From contig OZ287068.1 of the NCBI GenBank assembly GCA_965645245.1, positions 3,410,001 through 3,474,000 of the forward strand: 64,000 nucleotides of DNA. The letters run 5' to 3'. Under the pieces are notes generated by a model. That model worked only from the letters and a program-made list of their open reading frames with translations. It was not told the origin of the DNA and did not search any database. Within the stretch, counting starts at the first letter, position 1. Every line of letters begins with the position of its first letter. Below are positions 50,109-62,746 of the stretch, one piece after another. Both the position numbers and the translations under genes were made by a program. The stretch is from Massalongia carnosa. Taxonomy: Eukaryota.

Positions 50109-50518
50109 GTGCGGCCGGCCATGACATATGGTTCAATCGTCTGGCACACCCCGAAAGACGTAAATAGAAATAAATCCATAACGTCCAAATTGGCGGTCAT
50201 TCAGAACAGATGCCTACGCACAGTCGCCGGAGCGTTCAAGGCTACCCCGATACCGGTGCTGGAGGCAGAAACACACATAGCCCCAATAGATGTGTATTTG
50301 GATCAACTGCAGGCTAAAGCCAGATATCGACTACGAATCACGGGGCAAAAAGCACTCGCTAACTCCGCATGCAAGATAATAGCTAATAAGCTACGGGAAA
50401 GAGCGGGTCGAAGAAGAAGTCCGCCGCCAACACCCGGAGAACTGAAACACACATGGGGCAAGGCAATGTTAAATGGAGAGGCCGCCGTCAGACTACCGCC
50501 TTCCGCGCCCCCGTGGTA
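50109..50518 (+). mobile_element. Internal ORF2 fragment of a Tad1-like LINE, near-identical to ~55418-55827
   Basis: RPAMTYGSIVWHTPKD...PPSAPPWY is duplicated with only a handful of substitutions. Confidence 0.93.
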
Positions 50519-51220
50519 CTAGGTTCGGGTGAAAAGTATTGACGGATTAAGCGAGAAAATCAAAATCGATATTTCAATCACCTCCACAATCAAAAATACT
50601 AAACCTTCAATTCAACACGATAATTTCTACAATTGATGTCGAAGTCAGATGTGTGTATGAAGTAGTTGATCTGAAACTTTGAAGCATGTTTTACACTCAA
50701 TATTTGGTGGAAAAACCATGATTTTTAATCACAGCCCGACAACGATCTCGCATCGTGTTGATCCATTTCAGATGCTTATTTTCCACCACTAACCCGTTCC
50801 ATTCGTTCGTTCCTGCTATGAATATGTCTTTTGCATTCGTGACTAAACGAGGATATCGTTTGATCTTCTGCTTGCAGCCCCTCCACATGTACTCGATGGG
50901 ATTGAGATCAGGACTCGAAGGGGGCCAGGTCATGACCTCTATCTGATGTTGTCGTAGCCACAAACGAGCCTCTTTGGAATCGTGAATGCTCGCATTGTCT
51001 TGCATGAAGATGGGACGGTGGCCTTGTGCTTTGAGAGCTTCGTACCAAGGAAAAAGGCATGGTTCCAAGATCTGATTGATGTAATCAGTAATTTCATCTT
51101 CTTCAAAGTCTTCTTAAACTCCACCAATTCGCTGGCCTGCTGTCCACATATGCCTCCCCAAAACATGACTGACTGTCGAAACGAATCCTTCCTATCCCGT
51201 AACCAACAAACATCCACAAA
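50519..51220 (-). mobile_element. Tc1-like (DD34E) transposon 3' fragment
   Basis: SVMFWGGI, FMQDNASIH...WPPSSPDLNPIEYMW (34 residues between D and E); abuts a TA at 50517-50518. Confidence 0.88.
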
Positions 51221-54200
51221 TAGATTTCAGGACGACACCATTCCAGGTTTTCGGAATAAAGTACTCCCGAATGACATTGCTTTATACGAGAAGGCGAGCT
51301 TTCACCTGGCGACCATGAACGAAAATCTCGTACCAAGAAGTGCACAGTGCGAAAGTGAGCATAGAAAGGCGAAAGAGTCTCTGGTAATTAAAATCAAAGA
51401 GTATCTTGACCGTGTGGGTAACGTAGGAGACCCGGTAGCGTTGCAAATTTTGCAGGAATCGAAAATTGTGCTGGAGGCACAAAATCAATTAGACAAAAAA
51501 TCGCACGACACCACACACGTGGTATCTGCTCTAAATGATATCAAAAGCACTCTACAGAGAATTGAAAGCAGAAAGGAGATCCCAACAGCAAGAAACTATG
51601 CCGCCGTCGCCGCGGCGGGACACCTCAATGAGGGCGGATCTGTGCCGGTTCGAAGCACTCTAAACAACGTAAAGACGCAGAAAGCGAAGGAACAAACACC
51701 AAGTATGATCAAAAGGGCAAGGGAACTCACCATACGAGTGACGAAGAGCGAGGACCGAGAAAGAATAAAGCAAACGTCCACAAAGGACTTGGTGGAGGCG
51801 CTACAGAAGAGAAATGCAGGAATAATAGGAGTATCGCGTCTCAACAGTGGAGACATTAGGATACACACCGAAACGGCAGCGATTAAGAAGTCACTGTATG
51901 ACAATACGGGCTGGGTGCGTGAAGTAGCCGCATCGGCAGCGGTTCAAAGGCGTACCTTTGCCATACAGGTACGTGGCGTCAGGATGCAACACATCGACGT
52001 CACCAATCAGACGAGAGCCATTGAGTACCTACATGCCGTTAATGCCCGACTGCATGCGGGACTGAAGATCGTAAAAGTCGCTTGGTCCAACAAGGCCATC
52101 AGAGAAGGAAAAGTGCACTCTACGCTGCACATGGAAGTTGAAACTGCACCGATGGCCAACAGGCTCATCAACGAAGGTCTACTCGTAGACTACGAGATCA
52201 AGCACTGTGAAAGATTTCACAAAAATAACATACTAGTGAAATGCTTCAATTGCTATAAGTATGGGCATATCAGCAAATGGTGTAAACACCCCACGGCCTG
52301 TGGGCGCTGTGCCGGCGGACATCCTACGCACGAGTGCAATCCCGAGACGACCGGAGCCCACCCCATGTGTGCCACGTGCGAGAAGCCTGGTCACCCAGCG
52401 TGGTCTCCTGTGTGTGTGGTTCGAACGAAGGAGAAGAAGAAAGTAAACGACGCAAGGAAAAGAAAAGCGCATCTATACGAAGCTGAAGGGCTGGCGGTGG
52501 CGCCAGCATTCAATTTCGGAGCCAGCAACCCCCCAGCAGAGGCAGGGACTACAACGGTAGACCTAGACTTACGGACGGAAGACTTACCTACCACATGGAG
52601 TCTTATTAATGGGAAAAAAAGGAAAATATCGCGCACAATAACCCAATCCGCCACACAGGCAAATCAGCCGAGGAGCCTACCAGGTGCCGAGACCGGAATC
52701 ACATGGAAGGACATCGAGATCATGAACCCGGCAAACAGAATAAGGGCGATGGCGAAGCCCACTCTGGGTAGACCCCCCAACGCTGTCAATAGTGCCCCCT
52801 GCCCCCCTACTACCCTATCTCCTCCTATCCCTCTCCCATCCAAACCAGCAGTCACCCTAACTGCTCCGCCCCCCACCCACAATCCCACCGCGACCGCTCC
52901 GCAAGGGGCCCACTTGGAAGTACAAATCCCTACCCAATCGAAAACGACTCCCTCGAGAGACATGGATGAAGCTTTATGAAGGACAAAAAATCAATTAGCA
53001 TCCTACAGTACAATGTCAGAAATGATCGCGTAAGTACTATGATACCATTGCTAGCGGATTCAAATATACAGGACTACGACATCATAGCAATCCAGGAGCC
53101 GTGGCGCAACCCCCACGCTGCGACCACGCTCAGCCCGCATCAAAGCGGCTTTCATCTACTCTATCGGCCAGGAGGTGACACGAGAGTGTGCTTCTACATC
53201 AACGATAAAATAGATCCGGAAAGCTGGAAAGTAGAATTTCCAACCGCTGACATATGCACATTGATATTGCACCCCCGCAAGAATGACGGAAGCCACAAGG
53301 AAATACACATTCACAACGTCTATAATCCATCACCCACCTCATATTCTTCAAGAGACAGCCCCTCCACCCTCCCAGATGCTCAACGCCAGCTCTCCGCCGA
53401 CGCTCATCACATCTTACTCGGGGATTTTAATCTACATCATCCTTTCTGGAATGGAGCCACCAGACCCACGCAACACGCAGCCGCGGATCAGCTGCTAGAT
53501 ATAGTCGATGAAGCCAATCTGTCGCTAACCCTGCCCAATGGAACCGTCACATGGGAAGCCCGAAACTCATTCAGCACCATCGATTTGGTTTTCATGTCAG
53601 AATTCCTAACAGAGAGGCTAATTCACTGCATGTCAAGACCAGAACTCAATCAGTCATCCGATCACATTCCGATATCCTCCCGCATCTCTTTGGAAAGTGA
53701 GACGCTAACACAGACAAAACGCAGAGCCTGGAAGCTGCTGAACATGGAAAAGTTGAGAACAGCAGAATGCAACGCTCCCCCGATAACACTTCCTCGCACA
53801 GTGGAGGAGATTGATCGACAGACGGATAAAATACAAAAGTTCTTACATGAAATAATATCTGCGGCCGTTCCATGGGCAAGGCCTAGTGCTTATGCAAAAC
53901 CATTCTGGAACGAGGACTGCAACAACGCCATGAGAGAAACACGCAGAATTCGAAAAATTTGGACAGCCTCTCGAAATATCAATGACTGGAAAACGTACAT
54001 GAAATCGAATGACAAAAAGCAAAAGATAATCAAGAAAGCCAAAACATTGTCATTCCGAAACGAGATCAGTAAAGCGTCTGAATCATCTCAGGGCATATGG
54101 CGGCTGGCGAAATGGGCAAAGGACAAGAGTCACAAGGCGCGCGAAACACCAAAAATGCCAACACTGACTTTCAACAATCACAGCGCGAACACCTTCGAAG

Positions 54201-56594
54201 AGAAGGCTGAAATGCTGAAAGGCATCTTCTTTCCTGCTCCACCTCCGGCAGATCTACAGGACATACCCGGGTTGGTCTATCCGGCAGCCTCGGAGTGCCC
54301 AACAGTCATAACGAAGAAAGAGGTGCTCACGAACATTCTACGCCTCAAACCCGACACGGCTCCTGGACCGGATGGCATACCCAATAGAGTTCTCAAAGCG
54401 TGCTCTGAGACGCTGACCGAGTTGTTAACTCCTCTATTTCAGGCGTGCGTAAATCTGGGATATCACCGCGAGCATTCAGAACAGCGCACACGATAACGCT
54501 GAAAAAGGCGGGCAAAGACAATTACGAAACGCCGAAGGCCTATCGCCCGATAGCACTGCTGAATACGCTAGGCAAGGTGATGGAAGCCATCATGGCAAGC
54601 AAGATCACTCACATGGCCGAAAAGCACGAGTTACTACCAGGCACCCAGATGGGAGCCAGACGGGAAAGGTCCACCGAGTCAGCACTAGAGCTGTTAACCG
54701 AACAGATTTACACAGTGTGGGGTCAAGGTAATGATAAAGTTGCCACGCTGCTCAGCATGGACGTGGCCGGCGCGTACGACACGGTTTCGCATCAAAGACT
54801 GATCCACAATCTTCGAAGAAGAAAAATTCCACAGTGGGTCACCAACTGGATAGAATGCTTTTTGAAAAACAGAAGGACCACTCTTACGATCAACCGACGA
54901 ACCACCGACGAGTTTGATGCGAGAACCGGAATTCCGCAAGGCTCACCCATCTCTCCCATTCTGTATTTGTTCTACAATGCGGATTTTACTAGACATATGT
55001 AACAGGCCCGGCACGAAAACGAGCGGACTCGGATTCGTCGATGACATCAATGTACTAGCATATGGGAAAAGCACGCAAGAAAATTGCAGAACGCTAGAAA
55101 GAATTCACAGAGAATGTGAAAGATGGGCTCTACGGCACGGATCCTTATTTGCTCCGACTAAGTACGAGCTTATTCATTTATCTAGAAATCCAAAGAAATT
55201 TGATATGACGGCTACTATTAATATAGAAAACAGCCTAATCAAACCAAAAGCGGATATAAGAATACTCGGTCTTCAACTAGATACCAAACTTAAGTGGGGT
55301 GCTCACATACAGAAAACGCAGGAGAAGATGGTTAAGCAGAGCATGGCCTTAACAAAAATTTCCACGTCTACCTGGGGAGCTTCGTTCGCTAGGGCCAGGC
55401 AAGTATACACGGCGGTGGTGCGGCCGGCCATGACATATGGTTCAATCGTCTGGCACACCCCGAAAGACGTAAATAGAAATAAATCTATAACGTCCAAATT
55501 GGCGGTCATTCAGAATAGATGCCTACGCACAGTCGCCGGAGCGTTCAAGGCTACCCCGATACCGGTGCTGGAGGCAGAAACACACATAGCCCCAATAGAT
55601 GTGTATTTGGATCAACTGCAGGCTAAAGCCAGATATCGACTACGAATCACGGGGCAAAAAGCACTCGCTAACTCCGCATGCAAGATAATAGCTAATAAGC
55701 TACGGGAAAGAGCGGGTCGAAGAAAAACTCCGCTGCCAACACCCGGAGAACTGAAACACACATGGGCCAAGGCAATTTTAAATGGAGAGGCCGCCGTCAG
55801 ATTACCGCCTTCCGCGCCCCCGTGGTACGAGGCCAGTCCAGAATATTTCAAGGAGCTGAGAGAAGCGCGAACGGCCCAACGGGCACATCATACGCGGCTC
55901 ATGGAGCATCATATGAAAATATGGAAGTCAACATGGGCGACTTATCAAAATCGCATTCCACTCCCCACCGAGGCTCAACAAGCTTCGCTTGACAAAAAGA
56001 GATTAAAAATTCACAGCAATTTGGCAAAAGCGGAGAGTTCACTAGCAACGCAAATTCGCACGGAGAAAATCGGGCTAGCCAACTTTCTTTTCAACCGAAG
56101 AGTACCCAATGTAAACTCACCGGCGTGCATATGTGGATGGCCAAGGCAGACGGCCAAACACGTCATCATGCACTGTCAGCTGATAGACGGAAGAAATGAA
56201 TTATTTAATCAAGTGAAAACTAACAATTATCGCACGATAATTGAAAATTCCGCAAAATTGAAAAAGCTGACAGCATGGTTAATGCGGGCAGATATACTAA
56301 AACAGTTTTCAATTGCAACGACCATGCTGTACGGATAGTTCCCGTCGACACAGCATTTGAAATGTTTGACTTCTTCCCCTTTTCTTTCGTTCTTTTCCGT
56401 TTTCTTTCAAGGACCTCACAGATACACGTTATTAGGTACACTGAGGGGTCATGGGGATCCCGCAGGCGATAATTTTGGTTACTAGGTTTTTATTCCTTAA
56501 AAGGTTTTCCTATGTACAATAGTCATATAGAACCACGCCCGCATGGGCCGGCCTTCGGCCGGTGACATATCGGTGTAAGAATTTATCATCATCA
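51221..56594 (+). mobile_element. Near full-length Tad1-like LINE; ORF1 51315-52979 intact, ORF2 52976-56338 with two frameshifts
   Basis: ORF1 knuckles CFNCYKYGH/CGRCAGGH/CATCEKPGH; ATGA overlap with ORF2; APE, RT (GFVDDI) and C-terminal CICG..HVIMHC; frameshifts near 54470 and 54985; (ATC)n tail. 5' end approximate. Confidence 0.95.
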
Positions 56595-57163
56595 TCTGTA
56601 ATCTTTGTTCTGTTTATCTTTTTACTTCTTTCTGCCTCTATCACTCACTGTCGTTTTTTTTCATTACGTGTGTGCAACCTATGGTTATGACTTGTTATTT
56701 AGAGGTTCTAGGGTTTATGTTAAAAGATGAATTGGTTTGTTCAAGAACTCCGTTTTCGATAAAGGGGGATCCATTCCCCGAGTGGTAATATGGGTGCTTT
56801 CTAGGCTGTAGGCAAGATAGTCCACTATCGTTTTCGATGTGATGGAGAGTTGACGCCGCCCCGATTGTAATAAAAGTGGAGGCTATGCTAAAGTCGTGGC
56901 AATAGGCCTTCGTTTAAATCTTTAAAGTTAGTGCTTCGGTGATTGAAGTGATGATTTAGACAAAAGAATAGATGAACATTCAGCGGTTGAACATGGGCAG
57001 GTTATCATTCTGCATCGGTGGCCCCGTTTTGTTTATGTTCAACTCTTTCCCGTCATGTTTTCTCATATCATTCTTTGGTGTCCTCTTTTTTCCCCTCAAG
57101 TTTAGACCGATTTGTAGCTCGGCGGGCAGATAATATAAATAATTTATGAGTGTCGTATAACCC

Positions 57164-60100
57164 TTGTCAGAGGAGACGAAAATGAATACGACAACGAGTG
57201 TCGACGCCCAAGGGCAAGAGATAAGTGAAACTCGCGAGCTAAGCAAAGCAAGAGAATTTCTGGAAAGAGCAGATGTGATTGTAGCCGGCGCGGAGGCGAG
57301 GCGTTGGATTCTCGATCTTGTTGAGTTCATAGAAAAAACTTCATCGGAACGCGACGCGCTCGACGCGTCGACGCAGGAAAGTTTTCAAGATACATTGCAG
57401 GATATTCAGCAAAGATTGAAGAAGATAGAAAAACAGGGCGAGAATAACGGCAAGGCTCTCAGCTACGCGGCGGTCGCAGCAGGAAAGCGTAAAAGCGGAC
57501 AGGAAACCGAAGTGAAGAATCAAGGCCTCAACGAGGAAAACACCCTCAGAGAGAAGAGAAAAATGAAGGAAATCATAGTGAGAATAGAAGACCCCAAGGA
57601 GCAGGAAGCCCTAGGTAAAAAGACCACAAAGGAAATAGTAGACGCCCTACGAGTCTCCAACAAAGAGGTGACGGGCATCCGACGACTACCAAGTGGAGAT
57701 CGAAAAATTCACGTAAAAACACCGGAAGTCAAGGAAACCTTGCAAGCACACTCGGAATGGATAAAGAGAGTTGCTGCATCAGCGACGATACGCAAAGAAG
57801 GCTATGCAATTCTAGCTCACGGAGTGAAAATGAACGAAGTGAGAGGATCAAAGCAAGCGAAAGCATTGGAATACTTGACAAAGGAAAACGCAGGATTGCA
57901 TGAAGGACTGAAAATCAATCGAGTAGCCTGGAGCGCCAGAGCCCGCAAACAAAACAAGTGCTACGCCTCGTTACACATCGAGGTAGAAACTGCAGAAATG
58001 GCCAATCGTTTGATCCTCGTAGGACTGGCGGACGAAGGGGAAATAAAAACATGCGAGCTCTTCGAAGCCGGCTGCAAGCTCACGCAATGCTTCAATTGTC
58101 AGCAATACGGACACATCGCGAAGTTTTGCAAAAATCCCACCGTCTGCGGGTACTGCGTCGGAAGGCACGACAGCAGAAACTGCCCATGCAGCAGAACCGG
58201 AAGGTCCCTACGATGCGCAGTGTGCGGGGACAAGGGACATCCAGCGTGGGCAGCGGAATGCCAAATCAGGAAAGAGAAAAAACACCGCACGGAAATCACA
58301 AGAGAATCACGCCGGCGCTTGTACGCAGTGCCGCCCCCACTCAAAGGAAATAAAGCAATCCTCAGCCAAGCGCAGGGGTGGGGTATGGAAGTCGTAGTCG
58401 AGGACGAAACCGAAGCAGGTCATGGGAATCAACAAGACCAATCAAACAAACCCACCGACGCCTCACAATACGAGTTCCCATCGACACACATCACCAACGA
58501 GGCGGAGCCGCAGGAAGGAGAAGAGGCGGAAAACGAAGTGGAAATGACAGAAATCACGAAGACGATAAGTAAGAGAAAAGAAAGTGCGAGATCAATTAGA
58601 GAACTGAGAGTCACTCGATCGCGCTCGTTATCACCACAAGAAGCACAAGAACGGAGGATTCTACGAGGGAGGGAAGAATGGGGGTCGACGAGGGCAAAAA
58701 TAATGAACCTAGAAAACAGAGAGTCGGTCTTCGCCAAACCGAAAAGAGGACGTCCGATGACTAGAGCAAGAAACACCAACGAGATACAACTCAACGAAAG
58801 AATGCTATGAAGAACACAGAAACCCTTACGATACTGCAGTACAATGTCAGGAAAAGTGCAAAAGGCACACTGATACCCTTGCTGTCAGACAAAAGAACAT
58901 AGGATTTCGACATCATAGCTATTCAAGAACCGTGGAAAACCCCTACGACGTTCCTACTTCTTAACCCCTATCAAAGTGGGTTCCATCTTCTTTATAAACC
59001 AGGGGGCGATACGCGAGTTTGCTTTTATATCAATAACAAAATAGACCCAGAAAGCTGGGAAGTGGAATACCCGTCAAAGGATATGAGCACATTGAAAATA
59101 AAAGTAAAAATCGGAAACGGAACGAAATTGATTCACATACACAACGTATACAATCCATCCCCCTTATCCACTTCCTCGATAACTAGCCCGTCCACCCTAT
59201 CGACCGTATTACACCAACTAGAAGACCCCGGAGAGCATATTCTTCTAGGAGACTTCAATCTCCATCACCCATACTGGGGTGGAGTAGGGGTACGAGGATA
59301 GCACGAGGCGTCCGAACAACTGCTGGACATTATAGAAAACAAAAATCTCTCTCTCACACTTCCAAGAGGAACAATTACATGGGAAGCAAGAAACTCGACC
59401 AGCACCATTGATCTGGTGTTCATGACAGAAGATTTAACGGAGAGATTGGAACACTGCAACACGGTCCCGGAGATGAATCAAGATTCCGATCACATACCGA
59501 TTTCAACGAGACTGCGGCTCTCCTGCGAACCCCTGACAAAGCTCCCACGAAGGGCCTGGAAACTTCTAAACATGGACAAGGTAAAAGAAATCGAGAAAAG
59601 AACCCCCGCACCACGCATGCTGCACAGCATCGAGGAAATCGATCAATATACCAAGGAAATCCAGGATTACCTCAAGGAAATCGTAGATAAAGCAGTACCA
59701 TGGGCCAGACCAAGCCCGGAGGCAAAACCCTTTTGGAATAAGGAATGCGACGACGCAACAAGAGAGACTCGTAGGCTACGAAGAATCTGGACCGCGGAAA
59801 GAAACCTAGCGGATTGAGAAAACTACGTTAAAGCAAACGATAAGAAACAAAAAATTATCGGTAAAGCAAAAAATCTTTGCTTCGAACAGCAAATAACCAC
59901 AATCACAACTTCCCAATCCGGACTCTTCCGTCTAGCAAAGTGGGGTAAAAACAAAAGTGACGCCCCCAGAGAAATCCCAAAAATGCCCCCCCTGGCCACA
60001 ACCCAGGACCCTGATACGATAGCCAATACCTTCGAAGAGAAAGCGATTATGCTTAAGAAATCTTTCTTCCCCCCACCCCCGGACGCAGATCTCAGCGACA

Positions 60101-62746
60101 TCGTAGGATACACGTACCTGCAAACCCTAGACTGCCCCATCCTGATCACGAAAGAAGAAGTGGCGGCAGCGCTTCGTAGGCCGAAACCAGACAAGGCACC
60201 CGGTTCGGACGGGATCATAAATAGAATTCTCAAGGCATGCTCGGAAAATCTGATCAAGTTACTGATACCACTGTTCCAGGCCTGCGCAGAGCAGGGTTAT
60301 CATCCTCGAGCGTTCAAAACCGCCAACACCATCACGCTGAGGAAACCAGGAAAGAGTAATTACGCGGATCCTAAGGCGTGGAGACCCATTGCGCTCCTAA
60401 ACACGCTTGGAAAAATGCTAGAATCCATTATAGCGAGGAAAATAAGCTATTTAACGGAAAAACTCAGATTAATTCCAGACACGAAAATGGGAGCAAGACT
60501 AGGCCGCGCAACGGACACAGCGCTCGAACTGCTCACGGAGCAGATACACACGGTCTGGAATCAAGGGAAAGACAAAGTAGCATCGCTTCTTAGTATCGAC
60601 GTCTCAGGCGCCTTCGATACGGTGTCACATCGTAGGCTCATTCATAATCTGAGAAAGAGAGAAATTCCGGAATGGATCACGAAATGGACAGAAAGCTTCC
60701 TCAAGGAAAGAGAAACCACTCTCACGATCAATCAACGAACAACCAACGCATTCCAGCTGAGTATAGGAATTCCGCAAGGATCTCCTTTGTTTCCCATTCT
60801 ATATCTCTTTTATAATGCAGACTTACTCGATATTTGCAATAGACCAGGTACCAACGCAGGGTGCATGGGTTTCGTAGACGACGTCAATATACTGGCGTAC
60901 GGAAAGTCCACCTAAGAGAATTGGAAAACGCTGGAAAAAATACACGGCGACTGCGAACGATGGGCCGCTCGCCACGGCTCCGTATTCGCGCCACACAAAT
61001 AAGAGCTCAAATACGAGCTGATACACCTGGCAAAGAATCCAAAGAAATTCAACCTGGACACATCCTTCGCGGTAAGAGGCAAGATCCTGAAGACCAAGAC
61101 TTCGATAAGAGTCCTGGGAGTATACAATGACACTAGACTCGATTGGGCAGCGCATTACAAGGAAATTCAGAAGAAAATGACGAGACAAAGAATGGCACTG
61201 ACCAAAATCGCAGCCTCAACCTGGGGGGCGACCCTCCTACGAGCCCGCCACGTGTACACAGCAGTGATACGCCCCGCCATGTCGCACGGCTCGATAGCAT
61301 GGCACATGCCAGCCGAAGCAAGAAAGAAAACCAAAGTCGAATCAAGAAGCAAACTCGAAGTCATACAAAACAAGTGTTTACGAGTCATAGCCGGAGCGTA
61401 CAAGGCTACCCTAATTGAAGTATTACAGGCAGAAACCCACATCCCTCCCTTAACGCAACATCTAGACCGCTTACAAGCAAAAACGAGATCCAGAATCTCG
61501 AACAGCGAACAGGAAAAAATTATAAAGCAGGCGTTGGAACTGTGACTGCAACAGGCGGAATGGTAGCACTGGGTAATTGATATGACTAGTTCGACAAACG
61601 AGTTCTTGCACATGCAAAACAAACTAGGAGAAACGATTGACTTTCCACTACGTAGGGTAAAACTGCTCCTATTTATGCCCGTCCACCAGCGATTCCAGAA
61701 GCTTCCATTTCCATCTCATCGGTTCCCGCTTCCGATGCGATTTCTGACTTCATACAAATTTGCCACTGCCACAAGCCTTTCCATGACGAGGTAGATGCAA
61801 ATTGCTTTGTCAGCTGGTTTCGGTACTTGGCATCGGTTGCCGTTTTAACAGCAGGCGTGCAATAGAATTCAAGTGAAACTCAGAGGTAAAAGAGGTCAAT
61901 CACGAGTCGCAGAGAAAACACCGGGAACTCGTAAACGAGAATGGGTAACAAAGATGACGAAAGACGCACCGAAAACAGTTATACTGGATCAACCCTCTCC
62001 CCCTCCCTGGACAACGATCGACGAGGTACAGAAGAGACAACGCACAGCGCAAGTAACGACGCAGAACCAACGAGACGGGATAATAAAGAAGTACTTTGAG
62101 AATCAGTGGATCAACAAGTGGAAAGCATATCAAGCAAAACACATGTTATATCCCACGATCGCACAACAGGCGCCTATACACAGGAAAAGGCTTAACGCAC
62201 ACAAGTTACTAGACAAAGCGCAAAGCTCACTAGCAACACAGATAAGAACGGAGAAAATCGGACTGGCCAACTTTCTATATCGGCGCAAGGTCCCAGGTGT
62301 GAACTCGGCGGCATGTCCCTGCGGAAGCCTCTTACAAACAGCCAAACATGTAATCATGTTCTGCAGACTGCACGAACACAGAACGCACATGCTACGAACG
62401 GCAGGCTCGTAAGACTACCGCAAGCTAATCACCGAACCCAAAGCTCTCAAAGTAGTAACCGCGTGGCTCATGCGCACAGGTATTTTAACACAGTATTCCA
62501 TTGCCACGCAACTGCTTGAGCAACAGCCGGACAGTCTCTCTTCAGTTTGAAAAACAGGTATCGCAGATTAGATTTTCGAGATACAGGAATCAATTCGCGG
62601 GAGTGGCGAACCCCCGATGAAGCGGATACGCAGGAGTAGATTTCCACCTTTGGGTTTTCTACTTATTACATAGCTTACATAGCATCTCCCGCATGGGCCG
62701 GCCTTCGGCCGGTGACACAACGGCGTAAGAATAATCAAATCAAATT
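57164..62746 (+). mobile_element. Tad1-like LINE of another family; ORF1 57182-58810 intact, ORF2 with many stops
   Basis: QCFNCQQYGH/CGYCVGRH/CAVCGDKGH; ORF2 ILQYNV, IQEPW, LLGDFNLHHP, WRPIALLNT, IDVSGAFD, PQGSP, GFVDDV, CPCG..HVIMFC; 3' motif and AATCAAATCAAAT tail. No TSD found. Confidence 0.93.
61532..61850. mobile_element. ~319-bp insertion in LINE ORF2, probable solo LTR
   Basis: Flanked by GCAGG (61527-61531 / 61851-61855); termini CGTTGGAAC...GTTTTAACA; removal restores IKQACNRIQVKLRG. Confidence 0.7.

Noticed and set aside
50982..51314. 111-aa N-terminal extension of LINE ORF1
   Set aside because: Mostly antisense Tc1 sequence and LINE leader that happen to be in frame; likely true start is ATG 51315.
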